A stretch of DNA of 64,000 nucleotides. It comes from the human T2T-CHM13v2.0 reference genome, Homo sapiens. Location: assembly GCF_009914755.1 (NCBI RefSeq), contig NC_060927.1; one strand, written 5' to 3'. The notes beneath the pieces are model-generated. The model searched no databases, was not told the DNA's origin, and saw only the letters and a program-made list of their open reading frames with translations. Shown one piece after another: positions 12,052 through 25,805 of the stretch. The first letter of the stretch is position 1; every line of letters begins with the position of its first letter. Position numbers and translations under genes: made by a program.

Positions 12052-15000
12052 ATGTAGGGATTACACTTGAATGTTACAAGGATGAAGAAAATGGTAAGGA
12101 CTAGAGTTGGAAAGCTTGAGATTGGGCTTAGAACCCCTGAAAGAGCAATATCAGATTAGCAAACTATCAATGCAAGCCACACTGTAGATTTCAGAATACC
12201 TCCATGGGACCACTTAAAGATCTCCTTGTCAACTATAGCTGCAAAGTACACTGTGCTAAAAATCAGGCTGAAATTTAATTGTAATGGTGACAGAGCTTCA
12301 AAAGACACCGAATGGACACATTCGCATATTTATGCCTAAGTCAGGACCTTGATGGAAACAAAGTAGAATGCTGATGTGTACAATACAGAAATTTTTGCCA
12401 TTTAATTGACAGATGGTAGACAGATTATATAGACAGGTAGGTAGATAGATAGATGATAGATAAATAGATAGACAATCATCAAATATCCCTGATTTTACCA
12501 GCCAAAAGAAACAACTGTCTCTCTCTCGTTATAAGACAACCAGCTTGTATCACGTGGAAAACAAGCAAAGATCTCACCTGAAACAGTTGCTTCAAAGATT
12601 CTATTTGTCCACCTCAACACCTCTAATTTCAGGTTTATCTAAATTTTGTCTTAAATGGGATTAGATTGCTACAAAGTCCGATTAGAGAATAACCACAACT
12701 TGACTGTTTCCAAGGAGGTGCCAAATAAAACTGTTTTCATCAAGGTAATAATAAATGCACTGATGGGGGTACAGGAGGATATTTAAGAAGCTCCTTAGGC
12801 TAAGGTTTACAGTATGAGATATTGCCATGGAACTGGTGTCCCTTGTATGGATAGCATTGTTAGTATTTTCAAAACCCAGTGATTAAAAGACAGTACTTAA
12901 TCATGAGAGGCAAAATAAAATTGATTAGCAAAATAGATTGTAAGGTTGGAGTAATAACCAGGATGTCTTGACCTACAGGGACCTAGACCAGAATGTTTCT
13001 AAGAAGTGAGATGACCACCAACTAGAGTTTATTTAGTCAACTATAAGAAATACCAGCCTACTACCTTATTATCAAAAACCTTAATAAGTATCTTCTTTCA
13101 ATAAATGTTAACTGAATTAATAAATAAAATGAGAGTGCATAAAAAGAAACCATAAATAAAAATTAATATTGAAATTGGTTTACTGCCTTATCTTTTTATG
13201 CTGAAAATTGTAGGGATGAGACCAGATATGAAGAGGTATTCCTGAAAATTAATATGTAACATGACTCTGAAGACTTTGTATAATTTGCACTTTGTACAAT
13301 TTGCACTTTGTACAATTTTGAAGACTAGAGTTGCTTATTCTACATTTCTTCTCCTAATCACCCAAAGAGTTAGCCGATATCTATAACTATGAACCTGTAC
13401 AATTTTGTGAACTTAGCTGTTGGCTGTTTAAGAAAAAATATGATGATAAAGAAATTTATTTTCTCAAAATTTACAAGAAATGAAACATTATAATGCTTTA
13501 ATGTCATAAACTTAGAGGATGACTATTGCTGAGAAGAGGCTCTTTTCCTAAATTTGTAATGCATCTTAAATAGGTTTTTAATTACTCCTCAAAGTATAAC
13601 AGTCACATTCAAAGAAAGCAAAAATGAGTCTAAGTAAGCATAATGTCCAGAAAAAATTTTCTACCAATGGATACAATTATGCAATTTTAAATGAAAATTA
13701 CCTAAGCTTTCAGTAAACAATGATAATTTTCACATTTGAAAACAATCTATATTGCATGGTATGTTAATTTTCATCATTAATAAGAGGAGTATTATACTCT
13801 AATTATTTTTATAATTAAAGGAGTGGAATTTAAAATGTTAAATAATCTAAAACATAAGAGGCAGATTTCTAGTAGAATGTATTGTCATAATGCAAATTAT
13901 CTATCATTAACAGAAGCTAACATGAATCTGTTGATGTATATTTAAAGTAGGTACTTTAATTTTTGAAATTAATTAATTAAATTTTGCATTAATGTTTTTT
14001 TAAATAAAAAACATGCTTATTAGGATTGTACTAGTAGCTTATTCTGAACAGGTTTATGGCCTCCTTTTGTGATTTTGGGCTCTTCTAGTCTACACTTCTT
14101 AGCAAACAATGAAGGGCTGATTCCACCAAGGTATACAATTATATTTTCCCTAAATTCAAATCTCATACTGCGATATTGCAATCAGCATTCCTCAATAGCT
14201 CTTTGAAAAAGAAATAAAATGTATATCATGCTGACCCTGAGTATTGGGGGGGGGACCTGATTTATAATAGAGATCTAAATGAAATTTATATTTATTGTAT
14301 ATTTTGGAGTGCTTCATAGTATTTCCATGCTTAAAGGAAAAGATTATTAGAAAGCAACTGCTACCTAACTCAAGCAGAGCCACCGAAGTTCTTGTAAGTT
14401 GTTCCTATGTAAAAAAAAATTATTCTCTTCTTCCTCATGGTGATATTATGTGAGGTTTATTGCTGATGAAAACTAGAAGAGTAGCCAGTGTCATCACTTA
14501 GTGGTCCTAGACTAGGACAGCAATGTCTTCATGACATTTTCTCTTAAGACTCACTAGCAAGTTATGACTTTGTATTTTCCCTCACTGGAAAAGGAATACA
14601 CCTGTTTATTATTTGTTTGTTGATGAAGAAAAGTTGCATGTTAGGTTGGAAGATTTCCTGTATTTGTTTGTATAAAAAGAAAGCTGTGAGCATGCAGTAC
14701 TCTTTTTTCTTTTCTTTCTTTTTCTCTTATTAAAATTTCCTTCCATTAAAGATCTCTCTTTCCTCCACTTGTGTAAATTTTGGACAAAGATAACTACAGT
14801 ATACTCAGCTCAAAAATGGTAGAGTAGATGACTAGTTGCACTCTCTTAACGTTCTCATGTGGAAATGTATAGTATGAACAGAGACACACAGAAAATTTAC
14901 GGAAGAAGCAGTATCTAACGTTATAAACATAAATAAAGATCTATAATGTCTTGCTACTGAAAGTTTTGAGTCTGCCTTATTGCCTCTTCTTCCTTCTAGT

Positions 15001-15779
15001 TAATCACATAATCCTTCAGTCTTGTGATAATATACCCTATATCCGCTGGGTTATTTCATTTTTGCTTTTGTTTTTTTGGAGATAAATATTTCTCTTATTT
15101 TCATTATTAGTTCAAAAATATCAGCTTTAATTTTCACAATCAGGACAAATAACAAGAAAATATTAGAGACATAAAAACTGAATAATACTTTTAAAGATTT
15201 AATGTTTTATATTAATTTTAGTACAGTGTGAAATAGAACAATTATAATTAACAGATCATATTATCTACTGACCACAAGCATATTTAGAATAAAACTAAGA
15301 AAAAACAAAATTATTCATTTTCAAGAAGATTTAAATAAAATTGTTAAATAGTGTATCAGTATACTAAAAAACCATCATTTTTAAACCAATTAACTTTAGA
15401 ACACTTATATGTTACTAAGGAGCCAAATATAATATGGAAATATAGAACATGTCTGTTTGTATTTGTGTGTATAGAGAGAACATCAAGCCAAAGAAGAAAA
15501 AATTATTGAATATCCTATTTTTAGATTGAATTACAAACAATTTCTACTCTCTTATTTACAATTTTACATCCAAAAATATTTCCAAGTATTAAAATCAAGA
15601 CCGTTTTCCTTTTCTTTAATTTTTAAGTCAGAAAGAAACTATGAAAGGTCTTAAATTTTACCCTTGTGTAGCTGGATGTGTACATAGATAGATAGATGAT
15701 ACAAAAGCATACATGCTAGCAGAAACATGTGGCCCGAGTCGGAAATCAGAATTTCATTTAGATACAGCAATAGGAGGGC

Positions 15780-18665
15780 AGAATAACATTCTAGCATTGG
15801 TGCTATCAGTTTCAACCTCATGTATTTTGATACTCTTGTTAAATGCATAATCATATAGGATTATTTTGTCTTCCCACCTTGATAAGCTTTCTTGTTTGTG
15901 TGTCTGACTTATCTGAAATTAGTATAGATAGATACTCCAGTTTTCTTTATTAGTGGTATGTTATATATTTCTTCATCCCTTTTCTTTCAACTTTATATCT
16001 AAAGTGATTTTCTTAAAGTCAGTATAGAGTCAATTCTTGTTTTTATAAATTCACTTCGACAATTTCTGACTTTTAATTGGTGTATTCAGATGTTTAACAG
16101 TTAAAGTGATTAATAATGATAATATCATTGGGTGAATATCTAAAATGATCATAACTTTTTTTATTCATTGCCCTTATTCTTTATTCACCCTATTTTTCTG
16201 CCTTGTCTAGGTTTAATTGAACATTTTACATTGACATTTTATCTTGCTCTTCACCCATGTGTCAAGATAAATAATATATATACTGTTTCATTGTTGTCCT
16301 GTGTTCATAACATACATTTATAGCCAATCTAAATCCATTTTGACTATGCCATCACCCTTCACATATAGTTCAGATAACTTTTTACAGAGTATTCACGGTT
16401 TCTGCTGTCCCTTATAACATTGCTAGTATTAATTTCCTCTATAGATGCTATGATCACACAATCCGTTATCATTATTTACTTAAACATTTATATTTAGATC
16501 AATTAATAAAAATACAGTATTTATTTACCTTCATTTACTTGTTATTTGGTGCTTTTCCATTTTTAAATGTAAGTTTAAGTTTCTATATTATTTTTCTTCT
16601 CTCTGAATAACTTCTTTTAAAATTTATTAAAAGGCGATTCTGCTAGCAACAAAATACACAAGTTTTGTTTGTCAGAAGAAGTCTCTATTTCTCCTTCATG
16701 TTTGTAGGATAATTTTACTGAATATAGAATTTAGTATTTTATTGCAAAACTTTTAACACTTTAAATATTTTACTCCAATTGCTTCTTGCTTGCATTGCTT
16801 ATAAAGAGAGGGCCACTGGAATTTTAATCCTTATTTCATTATAGATAAGGAAGCTTTTCTCTGATATCCCTTACAAATTTCTCTTTATCTTTGGTTTTAT
16901 GCACCTCGAATGTGATATGCCTTGGGGTTGGTGAGTGTATTTGTGTGTGTGTGCACACGTGTGTGTGTGTGTGTGTGTGTGTATTTATCCTACAAGGTAT
17001 TGTCTAAACTTCCTGGATCTATGGTTTGATGTCTGTCATTAATACTGGAAAGTTATTGATGATTATTACTTTAAATATTTCTTCTGATCTGTTTTCTTTT
17101 TCTGCTATTGATATTCCAATTATTTTATGTTAAACTTTTTCATACTATTCCACAGCTTGTTAATGCTTTGTTCTGTGGTTTTCATTCTGTTTTCTTTGTG
17201 CATTGCAGTATGAGAAGTTTCTATTAATCTGTCTTCAAGTTTACTCATTCACTCCTTAGCTATGTTGAGTCTATTGATGTTTCCATAAGACATTTTTCAT
17301 TTGTATTACTGTGTTTTAGAATTGTAACATTTCCTGATTATATCTTAGTTTCTATCTGTGTACTTACATTATTTATCTGTTCTTTCATTTTGTCTTTTTC
17401 CATTACAGTTAACATGTTAATTATAGTTATTTTAAATTTCCTGTCCAATAGTTCTAACATCTGTGTCAACCTTAGGCTGGTTCTATGAGTGCTTGTTTTC
17501 TTAGGTTGTGTTTTTTCTTGCCTTTTGGCATACTAGCAAATTTTTGGTTGAAAGTAGGGAATGGAAACTGAGGTAAATTAGGCCTTTAGAATGAGAATTT
17601 AAGTTAATCATGCTAGGAATTGGGCTATGTTTAATGTTTGTTGCAGCTTTTGTACCAGAGACTTCAAATTCTTTGGTGTTTTTATCTCCTGTCTTGATTT
17701 TTGGAATAAATATATACACACATATATTTATATGTCTGTGTGTGTGTACATGCATACACAGACATATATACACAGATGAATACACATCTACTCATGTATG
17801 TAGGTATATACCTCATCATAGAGAGTGTCTATTGTCCACCTGTTTCATCTAAATCCACTGTAATTATATTGGATCCCTGTTTGTGCGATGGCAAACTCAC
17901 AGGGCAGGGGAGTGTTCTATAATCTGCTAATTAAGATTCAGCATTTGAGAGGCCTTTGTTTTATTGCTGTGACTTTCACAAGCTTTTTCTCAGTGTTACA
18001 GTGTTGACCCCATCTCCTACTTTCTGCCCTGGCTGAAAAGTTCCAACTCTACTTCCTGGAACCCCAGTACCTTTCTGACTGTTTCTTTTTTTTTTTTCTT
18101 TCTTGTTTTGTGAGTCCATGCTGGTGTGAGCTGGACTGGAGATCAGCTCTTTTTTCCAAGCTTGGATAAAGTTTTACAATTTTGCTTTCTGGAAGTACTT
18201 TTACCCAGAGAATAGTCCTTTGTTATAGAGAAGAATATGACTGTGTTTCACAGCAGTTATACTCCCTTTCCTCTTGCCAGAGTTAAGAGAAAATATTTTT
18301 GCATCTGCACAGTGAAAACTAAAAACTCCTGGGGTTCCTGGAAGATAGCCCATTAAAGCATGGCCCCTCTTCAAACGGTGGTCACATAGGTTTCTCACTT
18401 TCATATTGGTCTTATTCTATCTCCAATAATTGGTCAAAATAATTTTTTAATCCCAGTTCATGGGTCCAGTGGCTTCTGCATCAGACAAGCATATCTAAGT
18501 GACAATCTCTTTCTGGGTATGCTTGCCTCTCTTGTTTGGCTAGTTTACTATGCAATCTTTGTTCTTTAATATATCCAAGAAAAGTCATTGATTTTGAGTT
18601 TGTTCAGCTTTTCCTTATTGTAAGAATAGAAGTAGAAGCTTCCATGCTTTTCACAGGTTGGAGCT
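15780..18665 (-). mobile_element. Old L1 (L1MC/MD class): 5'UTR, ORF1 and start of ORF2
   Basis: Degenerate antisense L1 motifs, e.g. CTATTTCTCCTTCATGTTTGTAGGATAATTTTACTGAATATAGAATT and TCTGTCTTCAAGTTTACT. Confidence 0.75.
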
Positions 18666-19323
18666 GAATGAAACTGGATGAGGCTGCATTTCTCCCTCAA
18701 TTTTAAGACACTAACAACAAAATACTTTCCATAAACTTAAGTTGCTGTTTTTCTGTCTATCTCTATGAAATGTTCCGTTTATGCAAGCATTTAGAAGTGT
18801 TTGATAACACTCTCTCAGAAATTTCTCTCAATTCTACTCCGTTCCTCTGATATTGTTTATGAATATTATAAAATAGGTATGATACATGTATATAGTATAC
18901 AAGCATATAAAAATCCTAATACATAATCTGCCCTTGAGAACAGTTTTGTTTTCTCCTCTGATTCTCACCCTGGATAAGTTCTTTGTAATGTACACATTGG
19001 TCTCCATCTCCAACTGCATTTTTTCAAACTGGTAGCACGTAAGAATTGCTCTGGAAGCTCTTAAAATACATTTGTGCCTGCTCCACTTTCATAAGTGACT
19101 GATTTTATTCACATTTTATAAATAAAATAACCAGAAACAACTTCTTTGTTTATGAAACTTTTAAGATGATGAAAACATGAAACAGGAGTGAAAAATCAGT
19201 TCTATATTTGAAATATTAAGCTTCCTCAAAATTAAAAGTTTTGTGCTTCAAAAGACACCATGAAAAGCTACAATACAAAAAGGTAAACTTGCAAATCATA
19301 TATCTGTTAATCCACTTGCATCC

Positions 19324-19742
19324 TATTGGGAGAAAAGCCAAGTGTTGGGACAGAAGCTGAGGCAGGGCTTGGAACACGTCCAGGGTCCAGGGTAAAACCC
19401 CTCGTGGCCTTTGGAATGTGTCCAGACTTGCTGGCTCCTTGCTTCTAGCACTTCCATTATCTCAAGTAGCCATAGCTTTCAAAGAAAATGCTAAACCATC
19501 ACAGCTGTAGCTCATTCACTTGATACACCACTTCCTTTCAACCCCCCACATCCTCACCACCTGTTTCTTTGTTTGATCACCAATAAATAGCATGGGCTCC
19601 CACAGCTCGGGGCCTTCACAGCCTCCATACTAGCGTTGGCCCCCTGGTCCACTTTCTCTCTTAACTTGTCTTTTCTCATTCTTTTGACTCCGCCAGACTT
19701 CATAGCCCCCACGGCCTGATGTTGGGTCTGATCACCCCAACA
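19324..19742 (+). mobile_element. ERVK-group solo LTR (LTR14-like)
   Basis: T(A)TTGGG...CCCCAACA inverted termini, AATAAA, TSD CATCC. Confidence 0.7.
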
Positions 19743-20312
19743 CATCCAGAATATAGAAAGAACTATTACAAGTCAATAATAGGAAGACAAACAATGAATT
19801 TATAAGTTGTACTAACGATATGAATAGACATTTCACCAAAAAAGACAGAATGGTCAATAAACAGTTGTAAGTTGCTCAACCTTATCCCTCATTAGAAAAA
19901 ATGCAAATTAAAATCATAATAAAGTACACCTCAAACTTATTAGAACAGCTATCATAAAAAGGACAGACAATAATAAGATGTTGGCAATAACAAAGAGAAA
20001 GTGAAATCTTCATACACTGCTGATGGGAGTGTAAAATGGTTCAGCTGCTTTAGAACACAGTTTGGGAGTTTCTAAAATTTTTAAACATGCATTTATTCTA
20101 TTACCCAGCAATTTCCCTCCTAGGTATCTATTCAAGATGAATGAAAGCATATGTTGACAAAAATATTTAGATGTGAATATTTAGATTAGCCTCATTGAAA
20201 TACTCAAAAAGGGGAAATAAACTTAAGGCTCATCAATCAGAGAAGGAATAAATATAATGTGGCATATTCACAAAATAGAAAATTATTGAACAATAAAACA
20301 TCAAAATACTAA

Positions 20313-21366
20313 TGAAAGGTGACAGTGTGCTGGCAGTACTCACAGCCCTTGCTCGCTCTTGGTGCCTCCTCTGCCTGGGCTCCCACTTTGGCGGCACTTG
20401 AGGAGCCCTTCAGCTCGCCACTACACTGTGGGATCCCCTTCCTGGGCTGGCCTAGGCTGGAGCCCGCTCCCTCAGCTTGTGGGGAGTGTGGAGGGAGAGG
20501 CGCAGGCGGGAACGGGGGCTGTGCGCTGTGCTTGCGGGCCAGCACGAGTTCCGGGTGGGTGTGGGCTCGGGGAGCCCCACACTTGGAGCTGCTGGCCGGC
20601 CCTGCCGGCCCCGGGCAATGAGGGGCTTAGCACCTGGGCCAGCGGCTGCGGAGGGTGTGCTGGGTCCCCCAGCAGTGCCGGCCCACCGGTGCTGCGCTCG
20701 ATTTCTCACCAGGCCTTGGCTGCCTTCCCGCGGGGCAGGGCTCCAGACCTGCAGCCCGCCATGCCTGCTCCTCCCCCCTCCCGCCTCCGTGGTCTCCTGT
20801 GCAGCCGTAGCCTCCCTGAGGAGCGCCGCCCCCTGTTCCAGGCGCCCAGTCCCATGACCACCCAAGGGCTGAGGAGTGTGGGTGCACGGCGGCGAGGGAC
20901 TGGCAGGCAGCTCCACCTGCAGCCCCAGTGCGAGATCCACTGGGTGAAGCCAACCTGCTCGGGTCCCCTTCCACACTGTGGAAGCTTTGTTCTTTTGCTC
21001 TTTGCAATAAATCTTGCTACTGCTCACTCTTTGGGTCCACACTGCCTTTATGAGCTGTAACACTCACCGGGAAGGTCTGCAGCTTCACTCCTGAAGCCAG
21101 GGAGACAAAGAGCCCACCGGGAGGAAGGAACAACTCCAGACGCGCCGCCCTAAGAGCTGTAACACTCACCATGAAGGTCGGCAGCTTCACTCCTGAGCCA
21201 GCGAGACCATGAACCCACCAGAAGGAAGAAACTCGGAACACATCCCAACATCAGAAGGAACGAACTCCGGACATGCCGCCTTTAAGAACTGTTAACACTC
21301 ACCGCGAGGGTCTGCGGCTTCATTCTTGAAGTCAGTGAGACCAAGAACCCACCAATTCCAGGCACA
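20313..21366 (+). mobile_element. LTR12C-type solo LTR with its internal enhancer/promoter block deleted
   Basis: TGAAAGGTGACAG start, GC-rich U3, U5 repeats, TSD CTAA; collinear with 60693-62132 apart from a gap of about 390 bp. Confidence 0.92.
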
Positions 21367-21906
21367 CTAATATGTGCTACCACATAAGTAAACCTGAAAG
21401 ATATTGTTAATTGAACACAGCCACATGCAACGGACCACATATTTTATAATTTCATCTTTTTAAAATGCCCAGAAATGGCAAATCTATGGAGACAAAATAG
21501 ATAGGATTGCCTGGGCAATAGGTGGGGAAGAACACTGACTGCATGAGGCACACAGGATCATTTCAGGGTGAAGAAATGTTCTAAAATTAGATAGTTATGA
21601 TGACTATGCAACACTAAATTCCCTAAAACTCTTGGAATCATACACTTAAAATAGACAAATTTAATATATGAAAGTTACATTTCAATAAAACTGTTAAAAA
21701 CACTGATATAGAATGTGAAGAGGCAAATTTTAAACATTCACATAAAATAATGATATTCTCCTTACCTGGCAGAAAAATAGTTGTGCAATATAAAACTGCT
21801 ATGTTCTAGGATTCACATATGAAAATATCAAGAGATACAACAAAAAATGTCACTATTATATTTTAACAATTGAAGATGAAATAATAAATTAATACAGTGT
21901 CCACTC

Positions 21907-22363
21907 TGAGTAGGCTGCACCATGGTCAAGCCATCATGACCTCTGTGATCCACACATACACATCCAGAAGGCTTCCTGGAGCCAGAAAGTCTAGGACAAC
22001 AGAAAAACCTCAAAAGAAGCAAAAGAGCTAGCTCCCGTCTTAGCTGATTAGCCAACCTTGCAACATTGTACCATTGTAACATGCTCTACCCTAACTGATC
22101 AATCAACCTTGAGACATTGTGCCCTGTGACCCCTCCTGCTTTGTGACAATGTACCTTGTGACATTCTTCCCCTGCCTGCAATAAACAGCCCCTAACTGTA
22201 ACTTTCCACTGCTTACCCCTAACCTATAAAACTAACTCCAATCCCACCACCCTCACTGACTCTCTTTTTGAACTCAGCCCGCTCACACCCGAGTGAATAA
22301 ACAGCCTTGTTGCTCACACTTAGCCTGTTCAGATTATCTCTTCATTTAGACGCACGCATAACA
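21907..22363 (+). mobile_element. LTR7-related (HERV-H group, LTR7C-like) solo LTR
   Basis: AAGCCATCATGAC, ACATCCAGA, CCTATAAAA TATA box at ~22223, GAATAAACAGCCTTGTTGCTCACAC; ends ...CATAACA. Confidence 0.75.
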
Positions 22364-22630
22364 CGCTGTTTCTTCTTCTTTGGTCTGTGAGACCCAAGTG
22401 GCTCTGCCACAGCCACTATTGCCCTGTGACCTGCAGGACTCAATGGCTTTTGAAGATATGGCTGCGATCCTCACCCAGGAGGAGTGGGCTTTGCTGGATA
22501 CTACCCACAAGAATTTCTATAGAGACATATTTCAGGAAACCTTTAGGAATCTGGCATTTATAGTAAAGAAACAACAACAACAACAAAATACCAGAGCATT
22601 TGAAGATGAGCAAAAAAATGGACAAGGAGT
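22364..22630 (+). pseudogene. Processed KRAB zinc-finger gene fragment (5'UTR + KRAB-A + exon-3-like segment, no fingers)
   Basis: 22437-22563 is exactly 127 bp and encodes [42 protein letters not shown], a KRAB-A of the [21 protein letters not shown] type; preceded by GCCCTGTGACCTGCAG (ZNF first-exon-like) and followed by CCAGAGCATTTGAAGATGAG (DQNIED-like). Confidence 0.85.
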
Positions 22631-23198
22631 TCCCAAAGCTGATATAGCACACTGACAAATCAAAAATACGAAACAAAGCCAGTTGACTGAATCCACCTTC
22701 TACCACAGTCAAACCCTCAAAGGCATCTAAGAATATGAAAGCAAAAACACATCCAAAGAATAGCAACTACAAAGATTAAAGAAACATTAGCCCCCACAGG
22801 TGAGAAAGAACCAGTGCAAGAATGCTGGCAACACAAAAAGCCAGAGTGTCTTCTTACCTCCAAACAACTGCACTAGTTCCCAAGCAGTGATTTTTAACTA
22901 GGCTGAAATGGCTGAAATGACAAACATAGAATTCAGAATCTGGACACAAATGAAGATCATTGAGAATTAGGAGAAAATTACAATCCAATCTAATGAATGT
23001 AAGGAATCCAATAAAATAATACCATACATAAATGATGAAAAGGCCATTTTAAGAAAGAATCAAATTGATCTGATATAGGTTAAAAAAAAAGTCACTAAAA
23101 GAATTTTATAATACAATCACAAGTATTAACAGCAAAATAGACTAAGCTGAGGAAGAAATTTCAGAGCTCAAAGACCATTTTTGAAGTCCTTTGAATCA

Positions 23199-23594
<396 letters not shown>

Positions 23595-24362
23595 TTAAAC
23601 CTATGACTCATTGCCATATCTGTGGCAGAGAGAAAGTGGAGAGAGAGCAAGCAAATTGGAAAACATAATTGAATATATTGCCCACAAAAATTTGTCCAAT
23701 GTCAAAAGAGAGGCCAATATTCAAATGCAGAGAACCCATCTGAGATACTATAAAAAGACGACTATCCCTAAGACACAAAATCATTGGATTCTCTAAGGTC
23801 AACGTGAAAGAAAAAATGCTAAAGGCTGCTAGAGAGAAGAGACAAGTCAACAACAAAAAGAACCCCATCAGACTTATAGCAGACCTTTCAGCAGAAATCC
23901 TACAAGCCAGAAGAGATTAGGGGCCAATATTCATCTTTCTTAAAGAAAAAAATTTCTAACCAAGAATTTCATATACAGCCAGACTAAGCTTCATAAGCAA
24001 ATATATAAGATACCTTTTAGAAAAGCACATACTAAGGCAATTTCTTACCACTGAACTTATCTTAAAAGAGGTCCTTAAGGGAGTGATTAACATGGAAACA
24101 AAATACTGTTACTGGCCACCATAAAAACACGGTTAAGTAAACAGACTATTGGCACAATAAACAACTACACAATCATGTCTGGAAAACAACCAGCTAACAA
24201 TACAATGACAGGATTAAATCCACACACATCAATATTTATCTTGAGCATGAAGGGGCTAAATACCCCATTTAAAAGGCATAGAGTAGCCAGTTGAATAAAG
24301 AAGCAAGTCTCAACTGTATACTATCTTCAACAGACCCATCTCACATGCACGGACACATATAA

Positions 24363-25040
<678 letters not shown>

Positions 25041-25805
25041 GACCACTATTCTTATTTCAGACAAAATATACTTTAAACCAACAATGATCAAAGAGGTAAA
25101 TACGGGCATTACATAAGGAAAAAGTCTTCAACAGGAAGACTTAACTGCCCTAAACATAATATGCAACCAAACCTGGAGTGCTGAGATTTATATAACGAAC
25201 TATTAGAGAATTACAGAGAGACTTAGATAACCACAAAATAATAATGGGAGACTTCAACGTCCCTCTGACAGTATTGGAGAGAACACTGTGGCAGAATACT
25301 GACAAAGTTATTTGTGACCTAAACTTGCCACTTGACCAAATTAACCTAACAAACATCTGCAGAACTCTACCAAACAACAACAGAAGATACATGTTTCTGG
25401 TCCTCACATGACACGTACTCTAAAATTGAACATATGCTCAGTCGTAAATCAATTGTGAACAAGTTAAAAAAAACATATGAACTTCACACTAAAAGAACAG
25501 AGCAATGAAAATAGAAATCAATATTAATGAGATATATCAGAACCATACAATTTAAGGAAAATTAAACAATCTGCTCCTGAAGGACTTTTGAGTAAAAAAA
25601 TAAAATTAAGGCAGAAATAAAAAATTCTTTAAAACTAATGAAAACAAAGATACAACATACCAGAATCTCTATGAAACAGCTAAAGCAGTGTTAAAAGGAA
25701 AGCTTTTATTACTATACATGCACATCAAAAAGTTAGAAAGATTTCAAATTAACAGTCTAACACCCAGAGAAACTGGAAAAACGAGCAAAACTGCCCCAAA
25801 GTAAG

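Larger units (their letters stand above)
10600..13050 (+). mobile_element. Ancient ERVL-class LTR/internal gag remnant, interrupted by MLT1 and a VNTR
   Basis: Degenerate match near 12215-12305 to the ERVL gag segment LKxxLxxxSC...ENQ..LI..V.ELQ, and near 12895 to ALNHxRQ; homologous segments occur in the HERV-L gag at 58-59.6 kb. Confidence 0.5.
19222..21700 (+). mobile_element. Old L1 (L1M) ORF2 3' end and 3'UTR, interrupted by two LTRs
   Basis: AAATTAAAAGTTTTGTGCTTCAAAAGACACC; CCCAGCAATTTCCCTCCTAGGTATCTA; ends AATAAAACTGTTAAAAA. Confidence 0.8.

Noticed and set aside
20309-21241. Long overlapping ORFs (up to 233 aa) and CpG-island-like composition
   Set aside because: Entirely within the GC-rich U3 of LTR12C; stop-poor by composition and with no recognisable domain.
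22431-22570. KRAB-A as a genuine exon of a resident multi-exon ZNF gene (CTGCAG acceptor, GTAAAG donor-like)
   Set aside because: The flanks resemble neighbouring ZNF exons rather than introns, and no C2H2 finger exon is visible in the following 41 kb. Secondary use as an exon is not fully excluded.
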